Below are positions 48,226 through 57,795 of a stretch of 64,000 nucleotides of DNA, piece by piece. Numbering within the stretch: the stretch's first letter is position 1; each line of letters begins with the position of its first letter. The position numbers and the translations under genes are program-made. Below the pieces are notes generated by a model. It made no database searches and had not been told where the DNA came from. It saw only the letters and a program-made list of their open reading frames with translations. The DNA comes from a virus (lineage: Duplodnaviria > Caudoviricetes). The stretch spans positions 90,413 to 154,412 of the IMG/VR virus record IMGVR_UViG_3300001598_000033; one strand, written 5' to 3'.

Positions 48226-48903
48226 ATGATTGATTTAGAACCTGAAAAAATACTTGAACTTAGCGAGGAAGAGCTAAGTAAATATAGTATTGAAGATTTG
48301 GAGCATTTTTACGATATATGTCAGTATAATGAGGAATTTTACCATACACAACAATTAGTTGAAAAAATTATGATTAACTCATTATATGGTGCAGTAGGCA
48401 AGGAATTTTTCCCATTATTCAACCTCGATATGGCTAGAGCTATTACAGGTAATGGCCGTTACCTTGTTAAGAATACAGCTAATATGATTGAGGAAAAATT
48501 ACAGGAATTATTACCAACTGATTCTAAGTATGTGGTCTACGGTGATACTGACTCTGTGGTTTCCGATACCATCATAAATACCAGCAAGGGAAATATAACC
48601 ATAGGTGACTTGTACAATAATACTGATGGTAATATTGTTATAACTAAATCCAATAGCTATATAAAAACACCTAGCGAATATATTGAATCTTTAAGCTTAA
48701 ATAAAGACCTTAAAATTGAAAGTAAAAAGATAAAATATATTATGAAACACAAGGTTAATAAAAGAATGTTTAAAGTAAAATGTAATGGTAAAGAAGTTAC
48801 GATTACGGAAGATCATTCTATTATGGTTGTGAGAAATGGTATTTTAACTGAATGTAAACCAGCAGATATAATTAAAGGAGATAAGTTGATAATAAATGCC
48901 TAA
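48226..48903 (+). CDS. gp43: DNA polymerase middle fragment fused to a split-intein N-half (IntN 48553..48900, 116 aa)
   Basis: KIMINSLYGA (motif B), YGDTD then SVVSDT (block A) and ITEDHSIMV (block B). Confidence 0.92.
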   Translation: MIDLEPEKILELSEEELSKYSIEDLEHFYDICQYNEEFYHTQQLVEKIMINSLYGAVGKEFFPLFNLDMARAITGNGRYLVKNTANMIEEKLQELLPTDSKYVVYGDTDSVVSDTIINTSKGNITIGDLYNNTDGNIVITKSNSYIKTPSEYIESLSLNKDLKIESKKIKYIMKHKVNKRMFKVKCNGKEVTITEDHSIMVVRNGILTECKPADIIKGDKLIINA

Positions 48904-49774
48904 GAAGAATACTGTTTCTGGTAAATTTGCTAAAGATATAAAAGGATTTGAGAACCAGTTTATATTTTTAAAGAATTTATTTATTAAAAACAACTGGTCT
49001 TTGAGCTCTGTGCATAATACCATGAAACGATTCGTTGAAGGGTGGAATTACGACAATATTAAACCTGATGATATAGATCTAAACGCGTTCAGCGATAATA
49101 TAATGTTTATTAGGCAAAATAGATTTAATCGACAGAGTAAAAGTTATTTTATAGCCCAATATGGGGTGAATTTAGGTGAAATAAAATTCAGGAATCTTCA
49201 GAAAATACAATCATATACAAATTCTAAAGAATATAAAGGTATGGCTGATGACGAGTTTGCTGATTATAATAAATCCAGAGCCGTTACTTTAGATAATATG
49301 ATTATAAAATACGGTGAGGAAATCGGAACTAAAAAATTTAATGACTTTGTACAAAAGCATAATAAATTCTATTCGAAAATAGCTTCTGATTTCTTTACCA
49401 AATTAGATGAAGGAATTAAGGATTTTAAATTAACCACTAAATATGAACCAAAGACCTGTGAATTTTGGTTGGTTAATAACAATAAACTTTACTATTATGA
49501 TTTCTTAATAGAAGAATTAAATTATATAATTGAATTTAATGGTGATAGTTTTCACGCTAATCCTAAGTTGTTCAAGGAAGACGATCACCCAAATCCATAT
49601 GTTAAAAACTTAACAGCCAAAGAAATTTGGCTAAACGACCAGAAAAAGAATTCGATAGCTAAAGATGTTGGCTATGATATTGATGTTATCTGGGAATCCG
49701 ATTATAATAAAGATAAAAATTATTATATTAACTACTATATTAACAAGGTTAAAGAAAAATTAGGAAGGGTATGA
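48896..49774 (+). mobile_element. Free-standing Vsr-like homing endonuclease between the intein halves
   Basis: YG..LG..KF repeats, YSKIA..FF, YYYDF, IIEFNGDSFH, VIWESD; overlaps both flanking ORFs. Confidence 0.8.
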
Positions 49775-50700
49775 TGGAATTAGTGAACGAATTTGAAATT
49801 GAAGATTTAGGTATTCAAGAATTAGATGTTTATGATATAGAAGTGGAAGATAATCATAATTTCTTTGGAAATGATATATTAGTTCACAATTCCGGGTACT
49901 ATACGATTGCGCCATTTATGGATAAGGTAATTAAGGCTTATCCTAATTTATCAATGAATGATTATGTTGATAAAGCTGATGATTTTGAGAAGAAGGTTGT
50001 AGCCCCAATAATTGATAAATCGGTAGAAATAGCTTGTGGTAAATTAAATGCTTTGAGACCTGAGGTAATTGGAGCTAAACGTGAAATTATATCAGACTCG
50101 GTTATATTTGTTGAAAAGAAAAAGTATATAGCCCGTATCAGAGATTCCGAAGGTACAAGGTACCCTGAAGAAAAACCACATATGAAATTTATGGGAGTTG
50201 AATTAGCAAGGTCTCAAACAGCACCATTTACAAAGAGAAAGCTATTAGAATCCTTAGATATATTATTGGATAAGGATGAAAATGCATTAAGGGATTGGAT
50301 GGAAGAACAAAGAACCGAATATTATAACTCCGACATAGAGGATATAGCAACATATGGTTCAATAAGTGATATAAATTATAAACTGTCCGATAAGGGAATA
50401 CCTTATATGTGTAAAGGTGCAATATATCATAATAAATATATAACAGAACATAACTTACAAGGTAAATATAATCTATTTACTAGTGGTAGTAAAGGTCGTT
50501 GCATAATGATTAAACAACCAAACACGTTCGGACCTACCGATAGATTGATATACAACGATACTTCATTCGCCGAAATGTTTTTAGATTATATTGATTATGG
50601 TGAATCATTTGAAAAATTCTTTATACAACCGCTTCAAAACATGGCTAAAGCAATGGGGTATGAAATGGCGAAGAAGGTGGCAACTTATGACGAATGGTAA
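49771..50700 (+). CDS. gp43: Split-intein C-half (49771..49890, 40 aa) fused to the DNA polymerase C-terminal fragment
   Basis: VYDIEVEDNHNFFGNDILVHN/S (blocks F/G), then KREII, KKKY, KFMGVE..RS. Confidence 0.92.
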   Translation: MMELVNEFEIEDLGIQELDVYDIEVEDNHNFFGNDILVHNSGYYTIAPFMDKVIKAYPNLSMNDYVDKADDFEKKVVAPIIDKSVEIACGKLNALRPEVIGAKREIISDSVIFVEKKKYIARIRDSEGTRYPEEKPHMKFMGVELARSQTAPFTKRKLLESLDILLDKDENALRDWMEEQRTEYYNSDIEDIATYGSISDINYKLSDKGIPYMCKGAIYHNKYITEHNLQGKYNLFTSGSKGRCIMIKQPNTFGPTDRLIYNDTSFAEMFLDYIDYGESFEKFFIQPLQNMAKAMGYEMAKKVATYDEW

Positions 50701-50896
50701 GGTAGATGATACCGAATTAGAAGATTTATTAAAGTATTATATAACAATGAATACTTATAGCAGGACTTTAGTTGATAAAGAGAATCAAGCTAGAATATTT
50801 AAAGTTATGTTAGCATTAAATGAATTAAAAGAATTAAGAGACGCAGTTAAAGATTTAAAGAGGAAAAATGATGGAAAATCAAATCAATCAAATTAA
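50687..50896 (+). CDS. Hypothetical protein
   Basis: Likely start MTNGK at 50687 (SD AAGG). Confidence 0.5.
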   Translation: MTNGKVDDTELEDLLKYYITMNTYSRTLVDKENQARIFKVMLALNELKELRDAVKDLKRKNDGKSNQSN

Positions 50897-51089
50897 TGAA
50901 AATGATATCACAATCAATCAGGAAGCTTTACAAAGAGATGTAACCTTTATGATTCAGCAGTTGTATATCAAGCAGATTGCAAAACCAGGTTCTAAGATTG
51001 AAATTGTATTTGAACCAAAGGCTAAAGTTCAAACTGTAGTTGATGACAAGATTGAAGAAAAGGTTGTTACTATGGAAGATATCCGATAA
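50868..51089 (+). CDS. Hypothetical protein
   Basis: SD GAGGA. Confidence 0.6.
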   Translation: MMENQINQINENDITINQEALQRDVTFMIQQLYIKQIAKPGSKIEIVFEPKAKVQTVVDDKIEEKVVTMEDIR

Positions 51090-51111
51090 GATACAATAGA
51101 TAGGGTAATAT

Positions 51112-51486
51112 ATGTTTAATGTATTTAAAAAGGTGCTAAGTACAGATTCAAAATTCAGTCAAGAAGAATTGGATAAAGTAAGTGAATTTGTATTATGTAG
51201 ATGGTTATGTGGTAATGCAGGATTAGTGAATATAGCAAATACTTTAAACTATTACCATAAAATCCCAAAAGATATACAGTTAAAATTTATCCAAAATGTT
51301 ATTAATGGCAGGGTGAAGTTTATACCTTATCCAAAATCTACTAAAGAACAAACTGGGGATAGTAATATTGCAGTTAGAAAATTCTTTAATGTTTCTGAAA
51401 GAGAAGCAAATAATATGTTGGAATTTTTAACAGAAGAAGAAATGAAGATTATTAAGGAGTATTATAATGATTCACTTCACTCATAA
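51112..51486 (+). CDS. gp62: Clamp loader small subunit (gp62-like)
   Basis: FVLCRWL, AN.LN, Q..F, KF..YPK, FNVSEREA. Confidence 0.7.
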   Translation: MFNVFKKVLSTDSKFSQEELDKVSEFVLCRWLCGNAGLVNIANTLNYYHKIPKDIQLKFIQNVINGRVKFIPYPKSTKEQTGDSNIAVRKFFNVSEREANNMLEFLTEEEMKIIKEYYNDSLHS

Positions 51487-52411
51487 TGATATGGATGCAT
51501 TGGGATGTATGCTATGTGTTAATTCAAAATATAAAGAAAAGATTACTAAAGTATACCATACATTTTATGGTGATTTTGAAAAGCAGGTAGATGCTATTAT
51601 AAATGATCCTGATGATATTGTTATTATTACGGACTTAAGTTTTTCTGAAAGACCAAAATGTTTAAAGGATTTAATATCAAAAAAGAAATTCGTACAATTA
51701 GTGGATCACCATTCTTATCCAAAAGAATTCTGGGTTGAGTTTGATGAACTACCTAATTTTAAACGTATTATAGATGATAGTGTGTGTGCCACATTATTAT
51801 GCTATAATACCTTTACTGACCACCTAGATGAAAATGAAAGAAAATCACTTAAGGCATTATGTAATATAATTGATGTATATGATTGTTGGCGAGAAACACA
51901 TGATTTATTTACAAATTCCCAATTAGTTAATTTATGGTTCTGGACTAAGAATTTAGATGAATTATGCGCTGAAATTGAAAATAATAAGTATAAGCTACCT
52001 TCTAACACAACAAATGAAATTAGTTCCTTAAAAGCAGAGCAAGAAGAAGCTGTTAAAAAGGCATATGAAAATAATCAGGTTCATAAATGCGGACCAGTAA
52101 CATTTGTATTTAATAACGATGTATTTAATCCTATTCTTATTAAAGAAATGAAAGAAGGCCAAGGACTGGTAGTTTGCAACTTTCAATTTAATAATGGCGC
52201 ATTTTGTTTTAAATGTAGGGTTAAACAAGGTACTTTAAGCCCGTATTGTTTAAATAAATTGAGATTAGAGTTAACAGGAGGAACTTCAGGTCATCCTAAT
52301 GCATTTAGTTATATAAAGGATTTTAATAACTCTATGGAAATTACCAACGAATATAAGAGAATAGTTGAAGTATATAGTAAAATATACCTTGAAGATGATA
52401 TCCCATTTTAA
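51467..52411 (+). CDS. DHH-family phosphoesterase
   Basis: THNDMDALG, ITDLS, VDHH, DVYDCW, SGHPNA. Confidence 0.85.
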   Translation: MIHFTHNDMDALGCMLCVNSKYKEKITKVYHTFYGDFEKQVDAIINDPDDIVIITDLSFSERPKCLKDLISKKKFVQLVDHHSYPKEFWVEFDELPNFKRIIDDSVCATLLCYNTFTDHLDENERKSLKALCNIIDVYDCWRETHDLFTNSQLVNLWFWTKNLDELCAEIENNKYKLPSNTTNEISSLKAEQEEAVKKAYENNQVHKCGPVTFVFNNDVFNPILIKEMKEGQGLVVCNFQFNNGAFCFKCRVKQGTLSPYCLNKLRLELTGGTSGHPNAFSYIKDFNNSMEITNEYKRIVEVYSKIYLEDDIPF

Positions 52412-52414
52412 AAT

Positions 52415-52447
52415 GATTTAAATAGGATTTAAATAGGATTTAAATAG
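52415..52447. repeat. 11-bp tandem repeat (GATTTAAATAG x3)
   Basis: Read directly, upstream of the helicase. Confidence 0.85.
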
Positions 52448-52531
52448 GTTAAATAAAATTTTATTTAGTATTAATTATATAATATAATATAATATAGAAA
52501 ATATATTAATACTAAATATTTAAGGAATTGT

Positions 52532-54025
52532 ATGTTTGAGTTTGAATTTATTATTTTAAAATCTTTAATCCATGATGGGTTATATTTCAATAAATGTTTT
52601 AGCTTATTGAAAAATGAATACTTCAAAAATGCAGGTAATAAAGAAATATTTAAATTACTTAAAAAGTATTATAATGAATATAAACAAAGACCCCAAGAAA
52701 CAGCATTATCAGTAATGATTAAAAATGTTCCTAATGCTGAAATAAGAAAGGTTATTATTGAATCATTAAAGGTATTAAAAACTCAGGAATTAAATTCTAA
52801 TACAGAATTTATGTGTAATGAAACAGTTAAGTATATAAAGGATATTATATACTACAAATCCTTAGAAATCGGTTCAGAAGGTTTAATGGAGAAGAATGAA
52901 TCTAAAATAAAGAAAGCACAAGCTTTAGTTGAAGAGATGAATAAAATCCAAATAGATTCTGATTTAGGTTTAGATTTTGACAGCATTGAAGAACAAATAG
53001 AATATTTTTCTAAAAGAGAATACGGAATTAAAACAGCTCATAAATCAATAAATAAACGTTTAGGAGCAGGGTTTTTACCAGGCACACTAAATGTTATATT
53101 AGCGGCTCAGGGTGTGGGTAAATCATTACTAATGTGTGATTTTATGAGTACTATGTTACAGGACAGTAAAAATATTTTAATGGTTTCATTAGAAATGTCA
53201 GAAAATGAAATGATGAAACGTATTAATGCTAATGTATTTGATATTGATATTAATAGCTTTAGAGATTTATCTAAAACTAGAGGAGAATTGGATCAATTAC
53301 AAAGACCTGAAACTACCAAAGACATGATTTTAGGGGCTTACGAAAAATATAAGTGTTCAGGTAAATGTGGTAAATTATTCATTAAGGAATTTCCTGCTGG
53401 CTCATTTAGCGCTAATATGTTAGCCTCATTAGTTCAAAAATTTGAGAATGAAAAGGAAATTAAATTTGATATAATTTTTATCGATTACTTGGGTATTATG
53501 AAGTCTGACCTTTTGAATCCAAATGCTGGTCTGTATACTTACGTTAAGAGTATAGGCGAAGAAGTACGTGCTCAAGCAGTTAAATTACAAGTACCTATTG
53601 TAAGTGCTTCTCAGCTTAATCGTGGAGCAATAGGTAAAACTGATGGAGATAATTCTTCAATATCAGATTCTATTGGTACAGCAATGACAGCTGACTTTAT
53701 GCTATTTTGCTTACAATCTGAAGAAATGAAGAAGAATTGTGAGATGGTACTGAAAGTAACTAAAAATCGTTATACTGGTATTACTGATACATTTATGATG
53801 AATATTAACTACCCTAAAATGAGATTTAGTGATATAGCTGAAAATCAAAATTTACCAGAAGGTAGTACTGTGGATTTTAGTTCTGGGGCGCAACAATATA
53901 AAGCAACTAATTTTGCTAATAATGAAGTACGTCAAATAGTTCAAGATGATATGGAAAAAATTAAAGAACATGATAGTAAGGTTGAAAAGCAAAAGGATGA
54001 ATTGATGGATTTGTTGGGATTATAA
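52532..54025 (+). CDS. gp41: Replicative DNA helicase
   Basis: AAQGVGKS, SLEMSE, IKEFP, IDYLGI, SASQLNR, KNRY. Confidence 0.95.
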   Translation: MFEFEFIILKSLIHDGLYFNKCFSLLKNEYFKNAGNKEIFKLLKKYYNEYKQRPQETALSVMIKNVPNAEIRKVIIESLKVLKTQELNSNTEFMCNETVKYIKDIIYYKSLEIGSEGLMEKNESKIKKAQALVEEMNKIQIDSDLGLDFDSIEEQIEYFSKREYGIKTAHKSINKRLGAGFLPGTLNVILAAQGVGKSLLMCDFMSTMLQDSKNILMVSLEMSENEMMKRINANVFDIDINSFRDLSKTRGELDQLQRPETTKDMILGAYEKYKCSGKCGKLFIKEFPAGSFSANMLASLVQKFENEKEIKFDIIFIDYLGIMKSDLLNPNAGLYTYVKSIGEEVRAQAVKLQVPIVSASQLNRGAIGKTDGDNSSISDSIGTAMTADFMLFCLQSEEMKKNCEMVLKVTKNRYTGITDTFMMNINYPKMRFSDIAENQNLPEGSTVDFSSGAQQYKATNFANNEVRQIVQDDMEKIKEHDSKVEKQKDELMDLLGL

Positions 54026-54054
54026 ATATAATAAAATAATAAAAGAGTATATTT

Positions 54055-54588
54055 ATGGCTGGTAAAATAGATTTAAGCTTTGTTAAACCATATAGCCCGA
54101 AAGATTCCTTTAAAATTCTTAAAGGGATCGTTATGGATTATAGAAAAAATGCATCTAGTGGTAAGCCTGATTGGCGAAATATAAAACCAGGTAAGGTTAT
54201 ATTTTTTAAATACGATGCTAAGGATAAAAATCATACATTTGATAAATATCCTTTAACATTAGTACTTAAAACATCTAAATCATATATGTTGGGGTTAAAT
54301 TTCCACTGGTGTGAAGCACACGCAAAAATAAGACTTATTGAAAAAATACTAGCTATGAATACAGATTCAAAGGGTAGAATAAGAAACCCTTTGAAATTTA
54401 CTTATGAGATGCTTAAACCATATTTAACCAAAAAAGGTTATAGATTGTGTTTAAGATTATATATTAAAAAACGACTTAAATCCAACGCTATAATTATTGA
54501 TTCTAAGTATCTTTTAGATATTGCTAGAATGAGATTAACTAAATTCGTTGACCCTAACCCGCCTGCATATATTACTCGTCCGTATTAG
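54055..54588 (+). CDS. gp2: DNA end protector protein
   Basis: PGK..FFKYDAK.K...DKYPL, GLNFH, CLRLY; late promoter at 54021. Confidence 0.85.
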   Translation: MAGKIDLSFVKPYSPKDSFKILKGIVMDYRKNASSGKPDWRNIKPGKVIFFKYDAKDKNHTFDKYPLTLVLKTSKSYMLGLNFHWCEAHAKIRLIEKILAMNTDSKGRIRNPLKFTYEMLKPYLTKKGYRLCLRLYIKKRLKSNAIIIDSKYLLDIARMRLTKFVDPNPPAYITRPY

Positions 54589-54808
54589 AATTAGCCATTT
54601 CAGTTAATTCTATTATAGCAAGTAGTTTACTTGCAAATTTCTTTAAAACAGACACTCTAAAATCATTTTTCATATATGAGCTTAGTAGGTCTGTTTTTAA
54701 TTCGTTAAATAACATTTTTGGGTTATCATTATCTTCTAAAATCACTTCGCTTTTTCTTTTTATCTCATTTAAAATTTTTTCTTTAATATTATTATATATA
54801 ATATCCAT
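54572..54808 (-). CDS. Hypothetical protein
   Basis: Coupled (TAATG) to the upstream minus-strand ORF. Confidence 0.55.
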   Translation of the reverse strand: MDIIYNNIKEKILNEIKRKSEVILEDNDNPKMLFNELKTDLLSSYMKNDFRVSVLKKFASKLLAIIELTEMANSNTDE

Positions 54809-55401
54809 TATTTTATTTCTCCACCAACATTGTTAATATCAGATTGAACATCCCTGTCATTTGGATTTAAAACAATATCAGGTAAAGGTTCAGTTTCTTT
54901 AATATTCTTCCTTTCTTCAACAACATGGAATAATGCATCTTTAGTAGCACTTTGTAAAGAACCATATTCAGAAACATAAACATTAGCTCTATTCCAATCT
55001 AATTCAGATATAGCATCCTTTCTTAGTTGTACAGGTTTATCATTAAACCATTGGAAAAATACATTCATAGGTTTTTCATATGAACCTGGACGAGGCATTA
55101 TAGTACCATAATACAAGAATAAGTATATAGTGGTCTTATCATTAGACATTTCATCAATTTTCATATATCCTGAATTAACATCATCAAAGTATATACTTGT
55201 AATGTTCGGTATACTCCCACTACTATCTCTGTAATCCTTCCTTAGTGTCCACTTAATACCATTAACATAAATCTCCTTTGGAGGCTCCCACCCATTTATT
55301 TGTCTAAGGTTCATTGGGTATGTATTGAGTGATGTAGGCATTGATGCTACTGGGGCTTTTTGTAATGGCTGTTGGTAGTTCAAATAATTATTTGGATACA
55401 T
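54808..55401 (-). CDS. Hypothetical protein with a Y/Q/P/N-rich N-terminus
   Basis: SD AAGGAG; MYPNNYLNYQQPLQ. Confidence 0.7.
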   Translation of the reverse strand: MYPNNYLNYQQPLQKAPVASMPTSLNTYPMNLRQINGWEPPKEIYVNGIKWTLRKDYRDSSGSIPNITSIYFDDVNSGYMKIDEMSNDKTTIYLFLYYGTIMPRPGSYEKPMNVFFQWFNDKPVQLRKDAISELDWNRANVYVSEYGSLQSATKDALFHVVEERKNIKETEPLPDIVLNPNDRDVQSDINNVGGEIK

Positions 55402-55453
55402 CGTATCTCCTTAAAAATTTCAGTATGTATTTGTGACATCGTGTCACAAAATT

Positions 55454-55777
55454 TTAATTATTAGCGTTGTAGGTGATGATTGAAGCTTTTATTAAGTCCA
55501 TTAGTTTGCATCGGAATAATTCTTTATTACATTGAGATCTTGCATCAACAACTGATGATAATTGTTCCTTCAGTAATGCACAAAATTCTCTTTTAGTAAT
55601 ATGCTCATTCCATTCTTCAGGGTATTCACTTACATCAATTGCGCTAAAAATTGATTTATTCTTAGTATTATCAGATTTATCAGCAACCTTTGAGCTTACT
55701 GGACTTTTATCATTATTTTTGTTAACATCTTTAAAATCACTAATATGAATTTTATTGCGTTTGATTATTATACACAT
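55454..55777 (-). CDS. Hypothetical protein
   Basis: SD AAGGA. Confidence 0.65.
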   Translation of the reverse strand: MCIIIKRNKIHISDFKDVNKNNDKSPVSSKVADKSDNTKNKSIFSAIDVSEYPEEWNEHITKREFCALLKEQLSSVVDARSQCNKELFRCKLMDLIKASIITYNANN

Positions 55778-55863
55778 AAAAAAAATCCTTATTTTTATAT
55801 AATATATAATAAAAGTATTAATATTAATCTTTAAACTAACACTAATACTTTTACTATTACACT

Positions 55864-56565
55864 TTAAGCTGTCTTTAATTGGTCAATTAAGTAAGCTGTT
55901 TGAGCAGTTTGTGAAGCATTAAATGCTAATTGATTTTCAAGATTATTTGCTTTACATTTAGCATCTGCAAGCATACCTTGTAAACCACTAATATAGTTTT
56001 GTTGAATCAACTCTCTAGTCTTAGCACCTTCATCAGCGATTGCTGTTTTTAGTGAGCAACAACAACTTCCCATTTGAGTACCTAAGTCCTTAGTTGCTAA
56101 TCTTGACTCATAACCTTGATTTGAGATATTTGAGTTGATTACTGCTAAATCCTGACCTAAGTTAGTACCAACAGAGTTGATAGCAGTCTGTGTTGCGTAC
56201 TGACCTTGTAAATTAGCAACATTGTTAGCATTAAGAGCATTAGTTAAACCTACATAGGCACTTGAAATACCATTTGATAAGTTCATATTTACTCTGTAGT
56301 TAGCATCAGTTTGACGTGCGCCAATGTTTTCTAATTGATTTTGAATTGCCATATTATCGTCATGTAACATAGAAGTATCAAAACCATTTTGTGCCATAAC
56401 ACCAGCAGTTCCAATACCAGGTCCATAACCATAGCCACGATTACCCCAACCAAATCCACCATTACCAAACCAAGATCCAATAAATCCACCAAGGCCAGCA
56501 CCTAGTGCAGTATTACCACCACATATACCTAAGTTAGTACCTTCACCTAAATTAATATCTGTCAT
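55864..56565 (-). CDS. Gly-rich / coiled-coil protein with a CCC motif
   Basis: SD AAGGAG; GAGLGGFIGSWFGNGGFGWG...SCCCSLKTAI..EG.KTRELI. Confidence 0.75.
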   Translation of the reverse strand: MTDINLGEGTNLGICGGNTALGAGLGGFIGSWFGNGGFGWGNRGYGYGPGIGTAGVMAQNGFDTSMLHDDNMAIQNQLENIGARQTDANYRVNMNLSNGISSAYVGLTNALNANNVANLQGQYATQTAINSVGTNLGQDLAVINSNISNQGYESRLATKDLGTQMGSCCCSLKTAIADEGAKTRELIQQNYISGLQGMLADAKCKANNLENQLAFNASQTAQTAYLIDQLKTA

Positions 56566-56694
56566 ATTATTTCTCCTTTGTTAGTTTTGAATATAATTTT
56601 TTATATTCTATATTATTTAAAAATATTAATATCAGTATTATTAAAAAATAAATAAAAATAATAATATTTTAAAAAATTAAAGGTATTTAATATA

Positions 56695-57795
56695 ATGGAA
56701 AATTCTAAGTTAAAAGAAATTTTCACTATCGATACAATAACCCATTATAAAAATAATAAAGGGTTAATCACAAGTGAATTATTAGAAATATTAAGATCCC
56801 ATGGAAATGAAGGTAAACAAATAGCTTGGGATATACTTGATACAGAAAAATCTGAAGATAATTACTACTTAGATGCATATGGTGAAAAGATTTCATATGA
56901 AGGCGATAGAAACCTTAAAAAAGCATATACGGATATGAAGTTATCGTCTATTCATATTGAGGAATTAAGGAAATGCAAAGAAGATCTGTATTACTTCAAA
57001 GATAACTACGTAAAAATTAGAACAAAAGAAGGTGTTAATTTCCCTGAAACCCGTTCATATCAAATCGAATTTTTAAACAGCATCATGAGTGAAGAATCTG
57101 AAGGTACAGTATCATTACAAGGTCGACAATCAGGTAAGTCAGTAACAACCGCTATATATCTAGTATGGAAGTTTTTATTCACCGAAAATATTAACATCGG
57201 TATATGTGCCAATAAAGGTTCATTAGCAAGGGAATTTCTTAATAATGTTAAGATGATATTTGGCTTTTTACCAATGTGGATGAAAGTTGGTATTGTAGAA
57301 TGGAATAAAGGCTCAGTTGCCTCAGAATCGAATACCCGCATATTAACAGATGTTCCTAGTGAGAACTCATTTCGTGGTTTTAGTATTCATATATTAGTTA
57401 TAGATGAAGTTGCATTTATTCGAAATACAATATGGCGGGAATTTGCAGATTCTATATTCCCTTCTCAATCATCATTAACTTGGAAGAAAAATATTCTCAT
57501 AAGTACTCCTAACGGATTGAACCATTGGAAAACAATTTGTGATAAAGCTAAATCTGGTGAATCTGGTTATTCGTTCCATTTCGTAGATTGGAGAGACGTT
57601 CCAAGATTTGATAATAAAGGTAGACAATTAACTGCAGAAGAATTTAAAAACAAAATAATCAGGGAGAATGGTATAACCTTTTTCAACCAAAACTATGCAT
57701 GCATAGATGGAGATTCCGTAATAAATATTTATGATAAATTAAATGAATCATTTTCACAGGTTAAGGTAAAAGATTTATATGAAAAACTCACGTAA
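56695..57795 (+). CDS. gp17: Terminase large subunit, ATPase half, fused to a 31-aa atypical split-intein N-half (57700..57792)
   Basis: YFKDNY, RQSGKS (Walker A), LVIDEVAF (Walker B), STPNG; then CIDGDSVINI...KVKDLYEKLT stop. Confidence 0.93.
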   Translation: MENSKLKEIFTIDTITHYKNNKGLITSELLEILRSHGNEGKQIAWDILDTEKSEDNYYLDAYGEKISYEGDRNLKKAYTDMKLSSIHIEELRKCKEDLYYFKDNYVKIRTKEGVNFPETRSYQIEFLNSIMSEESEGTVSLQGRQSGKSVTTAIYLVWKFLFTENINIGICANKGSLAREFLNNVKMIFGFLPMWMKVGIVEWNKGSVASESNTRILTDVPSENSFRGFSIHILVIDEVAFIRNTIWREFADSIFPSQSSLTWKKNILISTPNGLNHWKTICDKAKSGESGYSFHFVDWRDVPRFDNKGRQLTAEEFKNKIIRENGITFFNQNYACIDGDSVINIYDKLNESFSQVKVKDLYEKLT

